Source: the human T2T-CHM13v2.0 reference genome, Homo sapiens
Length of the DNA stretch: 64,000 nt
Assembly: GCF_009914755.1 (NCBI RefSeq)
Contig: NC_060931.1
Reading direction: 5' to 3' (one strand)
Shown: one piece after another, positions 27,221-41,090 of the stretch
Numbering within the stretch: the first letter of the stretch is position 1
How the letters are laid out: each line of letters begins with the position of its first letter
Translations under genes and position numbers: made by a program
Notes under the pieces: model-generated
The model's input: only the letters and a program-made list of their open reading frames with translations
Database searches by the model: none
What the model was told of the DNA's origin: nothing

Positions 27221-28791
27221 ATTCATTGCAGCACATGTGTAACAGTAGAAGTACCAGAAAAATAACACATACTGGAAACTCAAGTGCCTGTCAATAAGGG
27301 ACTTATTGAATAAACAATATCATATCCATACACCATGGTATAATAGAGTATACAGTGTATCTCTATATATTACTATCAGGCCATATCCAGGAAATAATGT
27401 TAAGTGAAAAAAAGTAAGGAGGAAAAAATGTATAGAGTATGTTATTGCCTTATCCAGTGAAGAGAAGACTACTAATATGTGTGTGTTTGTGGAGAATTAA
27501 ACCACAAAAAATGCACAGAAGGAAGAAGGGAATTGTTTGAAGGAAACAGGGACAGAATATAGGTTTCTTAAGATCTTACTTTGGACCCAGATTACTATTT
27601 TACATAATTTTAAACAAAATTAAATTACACAAGCAATTCCAAAACTAAAAAATAAAATAACCAATGAATTGACATGTACATCTGTTTAGCGGTATAACCA
27701 CAAAGAGCGGAAGTATTGGAAGTGACTTTAAAGATAGTATTTTGACTTTATATATGTATATAATAAAATATATCATTGGGACAAAAAGAACTGCAAGTAA
27801 TCTTTGTTACAATAATCATCATATTGCTGGTAGTAGTGCTATTATTCATATTTTGCAACTGTTGTTTGTATATCTTGGGATAGAGCAAATGAGTCGTTAC
27901 ATTGGTGTCTTATAGAACCGGAATTTTTCATCATGAGAGATAGGAGATACAGAGGTAAGATTGTTGAAATCAAATTAAAACCCTGTAGCCCCAAATCTGA
28001 TCCGAAGTATCAAAATATAAACCAAAAATATCTATTTCTTAGCTGTGCCTATTTAGAAGGCCTAGAAACAAAGATCAAACAATGCACAACTCTAACACCC
28101 GGACTGGAGTTTCTAAATGCAAATTAGGACTCCCAGAAATATGGGCTGTACGTTAAAAAAAGAAGGAAGAAAAAAATAGGGCTTTTTGGAGAAATGGCAG
28201 TTCTGGGCCTGAGCAGGAAATACATGAGATGAAATTGAAACCTCCTGTTATATTAAAAAACCAGGAAGCCCATTAAGGTTGGGTGGAAAAGATTCAGGAA
28301 TCATCTTGAATTGGCTCCCAATGGCCAAACAGGACAATTTCAACATCAATAAGGATAATAAATGAAACACATTGTGTTTCCAATCATGATTTCATAATAA
28401 TTCTAAGAAAAATTTAAACACATTGGTGACCTCTGGAAGATGCTAGGGAAACAACTCAATATTGGAAACTGGTTTTAAAATGAGAAAGAGAGAATTAAAT
28501 ATTTATTTTGCCTTTTCTATATAAATTATACCATAGAGTATGTAATTGGTGAAGGAAAGTGTGTTTTATAAAACTATTCCAAATAACAAATAAAAGGAAT
28601 ATTAAAATTTTAAAGCCATCATTTTATAAACACAAATTAATGGGTCTAGGGCTAAGCAACGGTTATTAAGGACTGCCAACCTCACAGTAAGAGAGAAAAT
28701 CAGACCATTGTGCTCTACCCAGTAGAAGTGCATACTACCACCTATAAAATAGGTCAAAAATTCAAACATGAATCTGATCAAACCTCTAGAT

Positions 28792-28995
28792 CAGGAGCTG
28801 AGAAAGTTTTCCTTAAAAGGTCCGACAAATATTTTAGACAAATATGGGCCATATGGTCTCTGCTGAAACTATTCAACAATGGCAGACACTGTAGCTTGAA
28901 AGCAGCCACAGTTTGTGAATGAATGGGCATGGCTGTGCTCCAACAAAACTTCATTCACAAAAACAGGGGCTGGCCTCAGTTTGTCAATCCTGACC
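28792..28995. mobile_element. MER58A-like hAT remnant
   Basis: gggccatatggtctctg...tgtagcttgaaagcagccacag...gaatgggcatggctgtgctccaacaaaacttcattcacaaaaacagg. Confidence 0.75.
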
Positions 28996-29063
28996 TAAAA
29001 TCGAGATCTAACTTTTAATTTGTATTATACAGAAAATACAAGCAAAAGATGAATATGTTAAAT

Positions 29064-29556
29064 CAGTGGTCCCTAACCTTTTGGTACCAGGGACCTGTTT
29101 ATAGAAGACAATTTTTCCATGGACCTGGCAGGGGTTTCAGGATAATTCAAGTGCATTACATTTATGGCACACTTTATTTCTATTATTAGTACATTGTAAC
29201 ATATAATGAACTAATTATACAACCCACCATAATGTAGAATCAGTGGGAGCCCTGAGCTTGCTTTCCTGCAACTAGATAGCCCCACCTGAAGGTGATGGGA
29301 GACAGTGACAGATCATCAGGCATTAGATTCTCATAAGGAGCACACTACCTAGACCCTTTGCATGAGCAGTTTGCAATAGGGTTCGTGCCCCTATGAGACT
29401 CTAATGCTGCCACTGATCTAACAGGAGGCGGAGCTTAGGTGGTAACGCAAGTGATGGGGAGTGGCTGTAAATACAGATGAAGCTTTATTTGCTCACCCGC
29501 TGCTCACATCCTGCTGTGTGTTCTGGTTCCTAACAGGCCATGGACTGGTACCCCCA
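29064..29556 (+). mobile_element. MER1A (hAT-Charlie) element
   Basis: cagtggtccctaaccttttggtaccaggg...gcattagattctcataaggagc...; 8-bp TSD-like tgttaaat/tattaaat. Confidence 0.85.
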
Positions 29557-29846
29557 TATTAAATGATACCACAGGAAGGCAATCAATTTGCCTTTCCAGG
29601 TTTTCACCATTGCGCTTCACTGTGCCTGGAATCCTCCTCCCACAGATGCACACATGGCTCATTCCCTGACTTCCTTGAGGTCTACTTTCAAAGTCCAGAC
29701 TGAAGTAAACTGTTCAACAAAGAGTAGCTGGTGTCTTCAACAACAGCAACAAAACTGCAAGAAATAGAAAGTTGGAAAGGAAACGCGTATCTTAAAAGAG
29801 ATATAAAATTTGTATCAAGAAATCAAAATATTTGGGTTTTATTTAA

Positions 29847-30160
<314 letters not shown>

Positions 30161-30914
30161 AATGTTAACACATTTTGAAAAATAAGACAATCATGGAAAT
30201 AAGTGATGACACTAAGGAATTATTCTTTTAGGTGTGATAATGATGACTTGCAGTTATGTTTTTAAAAGACTTCATACCTTTAGAGATATATATTTAAATA
30301 CTTACAGATGAAAAGACATGATGTCTGCTGTTTGCTTCAAAATAATCTTGGGTGGGGAAGAGTGGGGCTACAGGTGAAATAGGACAGACCTGGAGTTGAC
30401 TATTTTGGGGACTGGGGAATGGCTACATGGGGGTTCATTGTACTATTCTGTCTACTTTTGCATATGTTTAATATTTTCAGTAATTAAGAATTAAAATAAC
30501 AAACACACAAAATATACCTTAGAATCGGTGGCAGGGATTAAAAATGTAGATATAGATGAAGAAAAACAGGTTGAGTTAGCTAGAGAGGAGAATCCCTTGG
30601 GGCAATTAAGAGGCATTATAGTGATGAGATTTCACCTGCTTGTCCCTTCGCATTAGAATAAAAAAGTTGAAGCGAATCAGATCCACTCCAATGTCTCTGA
30701 GTAAACCCATCCCCTCCCCAAATCTCTCAGAAGGGAAGGAATTCAAAGAGGTCCAGAGCTTGGGGCTGAGGGTTCAGGGCACTGCCAGCTGCTCACTAGT
30801 ATCTGTATGCCCCTTCTTCTTTGTACAGCATCTTGATTTCTTCAGAGACGCCAGTGCCCATTTAAAAATAGCCAGCCCTTCAGATCTCCTGGTAGTTAGG
30901 TCTGGAAGTCAGGC

Positions 30915-31107
30915 CTCCCACTGATTCTACATTATGGTGGGTTGTATAATTATTTCATTATATATTAAAATGTACTAATGATAGAAATAAAGTGCATAAT
31001 AAATGTAATGCACTTGAATTATCTTGAAACTCCTGCCAGGTCCATGGAAAAATTGTCTTCTACAAAACAGGTCCTGGTACCAAAAGGCTAGGGACTACTG
31101 ATTTAAC
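30915..31107 (-). repeat. Inverted partial copy of the MER1A at 29057-29249, including its flank
   Basis: Reverse complement reads gttaaatcagtagtccctagccttttggtaccagg...gtagaatcagtgggag. Confidence 0.85.
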
Positions 31108-31944
31108 TAGGCTGGCCGTTAAAATATAAATAGAAGTCTAGGGCTTCCAGGAAATACATGGTTTTATAAACTAAAAGTAGGTGTATCCATTCCAATTTAT
31201 TATTGCATGGGTGTAATTATGGTGCCTGGAGTAGTAGTGGCAAACTTGTAGCCATAAGGATAAAATAACACACCATGACAGGGTCAGGCAGTGACAGGGA
31301 GACAGAGACTGACCATGGGACATCATAGAGTCACTGCCCCAGAGCTGGACTACCTACCTGTACTTCATGTTTCATAGAAAAAATAAACTGCTACATGGTT
31401 AATCTGCTATACTAAGGCTTCTGCTACATGTGGCCAAACATAAGTAAGTAGTCACTAATATCTGAAACCTAAAACATCCAAAATGAGACTCCTGATCTCC
31501 TCTAATCCATCTTCTCATTGTCCTTTCACAGATCACTAAACAGCAGCACCTGTGTTTAATTTTTGGTCTTTTTCAGACCAAAAATCTCAACTCCTCTTTT
31601 TCCTTACTCACTCCATCAGCCAAGCCTGTTGGGTTCTCCCTTTGAGGTGTGTCCAGAATGGAACCTGTTCTCAGTAGCTCCACAGCTTCTATCAGTCTTG
31701 TCTGGGCCACCACCATCTCTCCTGTGGTCTACTTCAGTGGCCTCCCGATTGGTCTGCTGCTTCAATCTTTGCCTCCCACAGTCTGTTCTCCACCATCAAT
31801 CAGAGGGTTCCTTTTGAAATTTAAGTCACATCATAGCAATCTTCTGTAGAGAATACAAAATGTCTTCCCATCTCACTGCAAATAAGGTCTAAAGTTCTAC
31901 TCCTGGCCTGTCAGTTCTTACATGACCTGAGCTATCATTCACTG

Positions 31945-32390
31945 AGTTCCCATCATTCTGGCTTCCCTGATTGCCAGGTGTGTCCCTGGCCAATGGATGA
32001 AATGAGTACTCAGACACAAGTATGCAGTGTAAGAACAGCTAGGTGACTGCCTGGCTGTAGTGGCCAGAGAGCAGCCCCGAGAAGCTGAAGCTGCTTGCTT
32101 TTATTTACTGCAGGCATAATGCCGAAAGCCTGGAGCCTACACAATCTGTAAATGACTAACATTTATTGTTCCTCATTCAGAGAACATCATGTGTGCGGAT
32201 GTTCAAATGTCAGCTCCTGGACAACTTCAAACAAACAGGCTTGATCAAGACAAATTCTCCTACACTCCCTTGTACCTACTCCTTGCCCTCTGCCTCAGGG
32301 TCACAGAACAGCTGCCTTCAGCTATTCTCCCCTGGAGCTTTGCAGAGCCTTCCGACCTTATAGAAGGGCCACTCCCTTTCCCTTGGAACA
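31945..32390 (-). mobile_element. Solo LTR (possibly ERVK/LTR3-like) within an L2 remnant
   Basis: Minus strand begins TGTTCC, has an internal AATAAA and is ~450 bp long. Family assignment tentative. Confidence 0.5.
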
Positions 32391-33593
32391 TACTAAGCAG
32401 GCTTCCCTTCCAGGTTTTCTCACCCTCACTCCTCACTCTGCCTGGAATCTTCCTCTCACAGATGCCCACATGGCTCATTCCCTCACTTCCTTGAGGTCTC
32501 CTTTCAAGTGCTACCTACCAGACCAGCCTTCCAAGCCGGCCATGAGCTTGTTTGCACTCATCTCTATTCCCCTTTCATCTTGGTCATCCTCCGTGTTGCA
32601 GAAAACTGCATTTCTTTGGTTCTCCTGTTCCCTGGATCCTGGTGGGTTCAGCCCATGGGAGAGAGAGGTAGAAGACTGAAATCAGGAAGGAAGAAGGAAG
32701 GAGTTTAAGTGTTTGCTTCTCTCTTCAGGCTGTATTTCTGGTAACCACAGTGTCTTCTCTGAGACTCCAGCTTCTAGCAGACAGACCTTTCATCTGTGGT
32801 TCCAGCTCCTGCTGGGAAGGCATAGCATGGCTCCAGCTTCTACCAGGTGGCCGCAGCACCTGGACTTCAGTAATACCACCATCTCCCTCTGCTGGTTCTG
32901 CTGTTGCTGATCTCTGGGTTACTTGCTGTCCCCTGTGTGTATTTTCAGCTCCTCTATCATGGGTATAGTCAATTCCCCATACTAAATCCCTTCTGCTAGC
33001 AACGCCAACAAATCCTGACCAATCCAACTTGGTCTGACTGATAGGACTTCCCTGAACGTCTTAAATAAAATAGCCTCCATCAGCCTTCCTGTTGTCATGC
33101 TATCCACTTATATTATCATCTTTCATGGATCTTAGCAATACCTGATAGAGCACATATATATTAGTTTCCTTAATACCTATCTCTCCCCTGGAATACAAAC
33201 CTCATGATGGCATGACTTGCCTGCCTCGATCTCTGCTAGACCCCCATTGTCCAGAATGCAGCATGATCAACAATCGGTGCTCACGCAAACAAACAAATAT
33301 TCTTTCATGCATTTAAGAGGTACTGATGAGCACTCTCTAGGTTCTATTTACTAGACATGGAGATAAAGTGGTAAGACAAGCTTTTCTATTCAGCTTTGGC
33401 CACAGGAGGGAGTGGCAGTGAGGGCCCAGCCTCTCTTGTGTCTTGGTGCATTTTAATCATCCTGCTTTTGATTTGTGGTGGTTCCAAACTGAGTGGAAAA
33501 TCACCTGTATTGCAATGGAAGCTTGTTGAAGAGGGGAACCAACTCTATTGTTTATCCTGAGTCAGACTCCCTAAGAGGGGAACAAACACTCAC

Positions 33594-34216
33594 CTGACAT
33601 GGAGTGGGATCTTGGGCACCTTCTTAGAGACCTTGAACCGGTCTCTGTCCCCATAGGTGTCAGTGAAGTACACTCCGGCTACACTTGTCACCTTGTTCCC
33701 AGGGAACCTGGAGAGCACCTTGTCAGGGCCGTGCTGGCTGGCCCAGTACCAGGCCTGGCCCCCGATTAACAAGCCCCCTCCATGTTTCACAAACTGGATC
33801 AGCGTTGCAGTCAAGGTGTCATTGTAGGCATTGATACAGTAAACCCCTAGGGGCTCTCCTGGTTCTGGCTTGACCTGTGCCTCAAGCCCAGCATCCTGTA
33901 GGATGTTTACTAGAGGTGCCAGGGATGGATGCACTCCCACGGGAGCCCCAGGACAGGGACAGAGCCAGCTCACTGCATTGAGGAGAAATGGAGCCAAGCC
34001 AGCATGCGACAGGTAGCCCTCATGGGACACAACCACGAGGCGGCCTCGGCCGTAGGAGGAGGCAGCAATGAGCACCTGGCCCTTGTCATTCACCATCACG
34101 GGGAAGGCGGCTTCTCCAATAAGAAGGAGTTCACTGGGGATGGGGCCTCTGGGGACATCCCAGCATGTCACTCCATCCATGAGGGCCTCAAACGCAGCAG
34201 CAGCAATGGTCGCCAT
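33594..34216 (-). CDS. TCAF2: TCAF2 exon 2 coding part (623 bp, N-terminus)
   Basis: ACC ATG G start at 34216; [22 protein letters not shown]...KIPLHV(R); donor CAG|GTGAGT at 33593. NAGNAG acceptor gives an exon start at 34230 or 34227. Confidence 0.93.
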
Positions 34217-35089
34217 GGTTCTATCAGCTGCTGCAGGGGGAAGCAAAGACTTTCATGTATTTAAGAGATACTGATAAGCACTGCTGGTCAGAACAGATGA
34301 AGGAACAGGTGAAAAAAGCAAACAACTAAATGCATTCACCTCCAAATTTTACTGGATTCCCCATTGTGGGCCAAGCACTGTTCTAGCACTGGGAGTACAG
34401 CAAGAAACAAAACAGATAAGGTTTCCCTTTTCGTGATTTGAATATTTTAGAAGGAGAAAGATAATGAATAAATAGGTAGATAAACAGATAAATAAAATGC
34501 AACAATCACTATGATGAAAATAAAACACAATGATGTGACATGGAGGAACTGGAAGACTACTTTAGATTGGGTGATAGGAAAGGACTCTGACAAAGTGGCA
34601 TTGAAGCTGAAACCTGAAATGCAGTGAGCAAAGGGCATTCCAGCAACGAGACCACTTTGGGGTGGCTGAGAGCCAGGAGCAGGGAGGAGCAGGACCCCAG
34701 GAGGAGGGAGGGACGGGCTAGATCCTGCAGGGCCAGTAAATCAAGGTGATAGTTAAGTTCGTGTGCCTGAGTGGACACAGTGCTTGATTTTTTTGAACAG
34801 AAAGGTCATAGACCTGTCAAAACATGCCTTTCTTCTGACAGCTTTGCTAAGTTGGAAAGTGCCCCCTAATTTATCAAATCTGCCCTAATGGAGAGGACCC
34901 TCCTCTATTTGGTAGCATTATGCAGTTTCCGGAGGTCTTTTAAAATTGGCTGTGCCTAACACTGAGACTATTTGTCCCTTTAAGCAGCCCCTCTTGGATA
35001 AATGACTTCAGTCTCAGTTTCCCCATCTACAAAAAGAGAATAATACAGCCATGGGAAGATTGTTTTTGAAGATTAAAGGAATATGGATA

Positions 35090-35453
35090 GGCCAGGCGCA
35101 GTGGCTTATGTCTGTAATCCCAGCACTTTAGGAGGCCGAGGCCGGTGGATCACCTGAGCTCAGGAGTTTGAGACCAGCCTGGCCAACATGGCGAAACCTG
35201 TCTCTACTAAATCTACAAAAAATAGCTGGGCATGGTGGCGTGCACCTGTAATCCCAGCCACTTGGGGAGGCTGAGTCATGAGAATTTCTTGAACCCTGAC
35301 GGTGGGGGGCGGAGGTTGCAGTGAGCCGATATCGCACCAGTGGACTCTAGCCTGTGCGAGAGAACAAGACTCTGCCTCAAAAAATAAAATAAAATAAAAT
35401 AAAATAAAATAAAATAAAATAAAATAAAATAAAGTAAAGTAAAATAAAATAAA
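35090..35453 (+). mobile_element. Alu with (TAAAA)n tail
   Basis: ggccaggcgcagtggcttatgtctgtaatccc ... gactctgcctc followed by (aaaat)n. Confidence 0.95.
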
Positions 35454-36991
35454 GCAAAGAATATGTCTAAAAATGCCTTGTCTGGGGTTGGTACACATAC
35501 AGTGAGCACGGAATAAACGAGAGTGTCTGTCCCTTTGCTGTCCTTTTAAGTTTCCCGGGTTGCCGAGGGCAGCGTTGCAGATTGCAGTAGTGCAGTAGTC
35601 CCCTGGCTGCCTGTGCCGCCTCCCTTTGCGCGTCTCTGACGAGCCCACTGTAAGGGACTTTCCTCTGTGCTCTGATGGCTTCTCACCTCTGCAGGTGCAC
35701 AAGGCAGCCCTGAAGTAGCGGTGAGTTGACACTAGGGTGAGCTTCGCCCAGTAGAGCGGGGATTCACAGAAGAGTGCCCCGTGGCTTTCCCGAGGTGCCC
35801 ATCAGAGGTCCTCGGAAGGCACCCGGAGGAAAGGAGCGCCATGTGGAAGACCCTCAGCCACATGCTCCTCCTGGCTTTCCCTTTTTTCCTTGTCTCATTC
35901 TCTCCACTTCCTCATTTGGGCTTTTTGGTCTCACTTACCCCCAAAAAATTACCTGCAGGTAAGCCCTTGCATAAGGCTTTGCTTTAGGGCAGAATCTAAA
36001 CTAAAACACACACCAAGCCCTTGAGCCACAAGTGCCTCCTTCCTCTCTCCCTCCTGCTTCTATATGCAGTCAACCACCTCATTTGGTTAATCTCTCACCA
36101 TCTCTCTCAAACATCAGTCCCTTTAGTTGGCAATCATTCCAGACTAAACCAATATGGTTTTAGTCCCCAGGATGTATTCTCATCCACAATCGTCCTCTAC
36201 AAGAACTCTAACAAGAACCGTTACATTTCGTCCACTCTCTCTAAGGTGAAACTTGCAGAGCGCCTCAGCCTGGCTTCTCCAGGGTCTGGCATGCCAGTGA
36301 TTACTGGACGTTTTTCCTGCTACTTTCTTCCACTAAATCTCTCCAAGCTCGGAAAGGTTGGCATTCTGAGCATGCCCTGCATTTCCTGTAGAATTCCATC
36401 TCTTCCCCTCTTCCCTTCCTATCCGCCACCTTTTTCTTAATACTGCTCGCGGGAAAGAAATTCACAAAAGAGAGCCAATACTCGGCAGAGCATTGAGAAT
36501 GCGGATACCTGATCTCAGCCTCAGAAGTTACCAGTGGAAAAAAGCAGCCGAGAGAGATCCGGAAGCCTGAGCTCAAGATCGTGCTAGCTACCTCCCAGAA
36601 GACAAGCGACGTCTTTCACTTCTGGGGCAGTACCAGTTTGACAGGATAAACAAAAACAGACAAAAAACCTCAGATGAGTAATATGTCCCGGAAAGCTGAC
36701 CCAGCATTCCGCAACGAAATGTGCCCTCGTGCACGCACACACCATGCACATCTTTGTCAAATTCGTAATTTACAAGTTCAAATAGGAGGGAGAAACGTGT
36801 TTTGAGACAAACTGCAAATAGCACCAGACTAACAAAACGAAATGAAACCAAAGACCTAGACCTAAGAAGGGAGGGACACCCCCTGACGCCGGGTATGGTC
36901 TGGGGCCTCCAGCACTTTGCGGCGACCCCCAGTGCCCTAGGTGCTCAGCTACCGCCCCCACCCCAGGACCCGCTGGGATTGGAAAACTCAC

Positions 36992-37080
36992 CCCTGAGCA
37001 GTGCGGATACCTAGGGACTGACGGACAGGCTCTGCAGTGGCGCCCGGGGGACGTGTCGGAGGCGAGGCGGGGCGGGGCGG
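36992..37080 (-). other. TCAF2: TCAF2 non-coding exon 1 (TSS approximate)
   Basis: Donor GGG|GTGAGT (GT 36991-36990), downstream on the minus strand of the GC boxes and upstream of exon 2. Confidence 0.7.
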
Positions 37081-37081
37081 T

Positions 37082-37322
37082 CCCGGAGGCGGGGCGGTCT
37101 CGGAGGTAGGGGCCGTCCTGGAGGCGGGGCCGTCTCGGAGGCGGGACTGTCCTGGGGACTGAGCTGTCTCGGAGGTGGAGTCCTGCGGTCCCGGAGGCGG
37201 GTTGTACCGTAGGCGGGGCTCTCTCGTAGGCTGGCCGGTCCTGGAGGAGAGGCTGTTCTGGCGGCGGGGCTGTCTTGGAGGCTAGGAGGTCTCGGAAACT
37301 GGGCTGTCCCGGAGGCGGGGCA
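37082..37322 (+). repeat. Degenerate ~17-bp GC-box minisatellite (~14 units)
   Basis: Units such as cccggaggcggggcggt / ctcggaggtaggggccgt / cctggaggcggggccgt / ctcggaggcgggactgt. Confidence 0.8.
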
Positions 37323-38568
37323 CAGGCTGGGGTGAGGCGGAGCCGACCCTGAGGCGGGCCCGGGGCGCGGCTACCGCTCCCTGAGCCACGCCCGTGGTCT
37401 CCCGTTCCATCGGTGGACCCCACCTCGGGCCGTGCTGCGGGCTCTCGGGGCGCCTACCAGGTGAGCGACCCCGCCTTCCCGGAGGGATGCTTTGGCCTGC
37501 ATGGGGCCCCAAACCGGCTCCCTCAGGGTCTCTGCGGGTTCTTGGATGCGAGAGGGGACCCAGCCAGTTTGCTGTCGCACTTGATAAGAAAAGCAAACCC
37601 TAAGTCTCCAATAAACCATATTTGGGGCGAATAGTTCCCTAACAACAACGTATGCCACGGGGGAGGCCCCGCGTGGAATCAGGCTCCCTTCCCTCCGATC
37701 TTGGGGTGGGCTCAGCAGAGCCGGTAGCCGCCGCGTCGCCTCCGTCGCTCGAGCCTCTGCGTGGAGGGCTGCCCCCTAGTGGTCAGCGGCGGGCCATGCA
37801 CTTCGAGCCCGGTGGATGCTTATGGCCATGGTGCGGGGTGCTCAACTAGGGCATTTTTCTCTCAAAGTATCCACAGAAATGCTGCCCAGCAAGTTATATT
37901 CTTGCTGGGAGGGAAACGTGCCTGTGGCATCACTAACACAGATTCGTCCGTGCATGGCTGGAGAAATTAAGCTAAAGCTATAGAGTGGCTGGTGCTCGAA
38001 TTTCTACGCAAGAGAGGTCAGAAGGTGAAAATCAAGGTGGAAGGGTGTGGTCAGGAGGAGGATTTGGTGTAGTCTGGAGTTTAGGAACGTCTTACCTAGG
38101 AAAGTGATGACTGTGCTAGAATGAGGGGAAAAAAGTAGTCTGTCTGCATTTTGCCCACCATTGAGTCCTCATTGCCTATTTTCATTTCTGACATAGAATA
38201 GGCTTTAGTTTCTTAATAAATAACTAAATATATGCTAAATAAATAAGGATATAGTGAACGTCCAAAAATATCTGTCGAATTAGTGAGTTAATAACTGACT
38301 CTTCGGAGGACTAGTGGAAATCTGATTGGCAGAGGACCAAATACATTCAGGTTTCAGAAATAAAGAGCAAGGAGAAACTTACACAGAAAAGAAATTGTGG
38401 ATAAGACTTGCCAGAATTTGGAATAATTCCGGCTAGAAATCCAACGTGCGGTGAAGTACGTTGAGTTCTTAGGCTTCATATCAGGGAACAACTGACCTTT
38501 GGGAGCTGAAGTGGGAGATGGACATCAAAGAAAGTGGGTCAGTAAAGTTCCACGTTAAAAGCTGATTC

Positions 38569-38954
<386 letters not shown>

Positions 38955-39129
38955 CTACTATTGTTCTAAATTAACTCCTGAGAGTATTTTGGTGTTGCTC
39001 TAATAGAAGAAAGGGGCTTTAAACAAAGGTGATTTTTCCAGGGTCAGAGAGCAGAAAGTACCTGCCATTTGGGAGCAGGAGCTGCCTGAGGAATGGAACC
39101 TAACAACATAGGAACGGCATAACGGTTCC

Positions 39130-39163
<34 letters not shown>

Positions 39164-39200
39164 AAGATTAAAGATGGTAACCAGCATTTACGTTCTGACT

Positions 39201-39402
39201 AAAGGGTGTCCGAGAGAGAATACAGTCATGGGTTCTTAGTTTCTGTTTTTGGTTAGGCGAGTAAAACCCCTTCCTCATCCCTCTTTTCCCCTTTCACTAG
39301 AGACAGAAACTAAAAACCGTGAGTTCAGGCAGCTAGAAACCTAAAATAAAAGAAAACGGAACAACAACAACAACAACGAAAATAAGGTGGGTTGGATAAG
39401 CT
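39201..39402. mobile_element. MER30B-like hAT remnant
   Basis: agggtgtccgagagagaatacagtcatgggttcttagtttctg...ggttggataagctt. Confidence 0.65.
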
Positions 39403-40641
39403 TCGAAATGGTTACTGCTTATGCAAAGGTGCAGGCCCCAGATCTTTCCTTTTACTTGGGAGAAAACAGACGCCATTCAGTGAAAGTCAACATATCCTTA
39501 CTGGACACTTATTCTGTGAGGCACTCTGGGAGATAGAAATGCTATTATGGTCAGTAAATCTAGAGAGGAAAAAAGACAAGAAAACAACTATACCAAAATT
39601 GGCTACGAATCAGGTGCAAGGGCACATAAAAGAAGCAGCAATTATTTCTGATCAAAGGATTAGAGAAGAATGTGCACAGAAGGTGACACAGAAACTCAGC
39701 TTAGAAAAATGTATATTTGCGGGGAGATAAAGGGGAAGGTATTACAATGTGAGGCTGTATAAGATTCCAAAGCACAGAGATATGAATGTGAAAGGCTTAA
39801 TTTGAGAAAGACAAAATGTTCATAGTGACTGAAACTTGTTAGCAGAACTTGCATAGTGCTAGCTCTAAAGAGAAGTTTGGGCTCGGTTTAGAGGGACTTT
39901 GGCTGCCATACTAGGGAGTTTGGATTCCATTCTACAGTGTGGAGGAAGATTTTTTAAAAGCACCATTTAGTAAACACTGTGGTTGCCTCCTCAACATCTA
40001 TTCCCTACACTACCCCTATTGTCCTTTCTAACCAAATCCATTTTTTTTTTAAATCAGATAATCCACCTCTCCTTTATGAGATTCAGGGGACAATGAATTC
40101 ATCTCCATTTCCAAGGATAGATCTGTATTAGCTTAAATCAGGCAGGCTAACTCATACTTCTTGTGCTTCCATGACAGACTCTTTCTGGGTTATACGTAAT
40201 AAATATACATAAACAATATTATACTTCATTGTCCAGCATATACAAGAGGCAAACACAAATCAGAAATATTATCTTTACCAGTGGTACATGAGTCCATTTT
40301 TTGTCAAATAGAGAGCAATTGCTGCAGTAATTGCAGTTTATCACTAAGCCAGATGCAGGGGTTACTCATACATATGCCTTCTAATTGTGGGCTACTATTA
40401 ATAGTCACTGGCCTCCTTCTTAAATTATTTTCAGTCATGAGCTTAACTTAATGTGGTACCATATATTCTTTCTTTTAAGGACCTTAAGAATCTGGGAAGA
40501 ATTAGCCACACTCTAATTTAGGAACAGAGATGGATGAATCCACCTATGGACATTTACTGGTATGAGTCACTGGGGAAGTTCACTAAGTCACTATTTAAGA
40601 TGATCCAGAACAGGTGTCTACAGCTGCCTTAAGAATGAGTA

Positions 40642-41090
40642 CTATGGTGGTGATGAAAATGTTCCTCTCAGATGTCCAACTGCAGGGGGTGGGTATGAAA
40701 TTGCCAGATGGCCCCAGCTGGTGTGCTCTGGAATCCTTGGCGCCAAGGCCATGCTGCCAGGGGCTTCTCCAGGCTGGTGATCAAATGTAGTGAGGATCCT
40801 CAGGCAGGCCCATTCCTGGAAGACATGGGACTCTCCCGATAGGTGAGTTTGGCTCAAGGACTCCTCATGGTCCTGAAAGAAACTCTCTGAGACCTGTACT
40901 TCAGTGGAAGCCTGTCTTTCCTTTGCTGTCTCCTTCCCAAGGGTTAAACCTACATTGCAGTCTAATGGTGGCTCTCCCGGCCTTCTCTGGCTCCCTCGAC
41001 ATTTTCTCTCACAGGCATTTCCTTTAATAAATCTCTCGCATATCTGATCCTGTCTTGGCTTTTGCTTCTTGGAGGACCCAGAATAACACA
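40642..41090 (+). mobile_element. LTR16A-like ERVL solo LTR
   Basis: aggcaggcccattcctgg...ggctcaaggactcc...aataaatctctcgcatatctgatcctgtcttggc...ggaggacccagaataacaca. Confidence 0.7.

Larger units (their letters stand above)
36880..37790. promoter_or_regulatory. CpG island / GC-box promoter of TCAF2
   Basis: Very high GC and CpG density with many GGGCGG boxes, surrounding exon 1. Confidence 0.9.

Noticed and set aside
35160-35732. 190-aa ORF with ILFYF repeats
   Set aside because: Antisense read of an Alu and its (TAAAA)n tail.
37082-37322. CRISPR-like array interpretation of the tandem units
   Set aside because: Eukaryotic DNA; the units are contiguous and degenerate, with no unique spacers.
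36770-37423. 217-aa Pro/Arg-rich ORF on the minus strand
   Set aside because: Expected stop-poor frame in a GC-rich CpG island and minisatellite; the repetitive peptide mirrors the DNA repeat.
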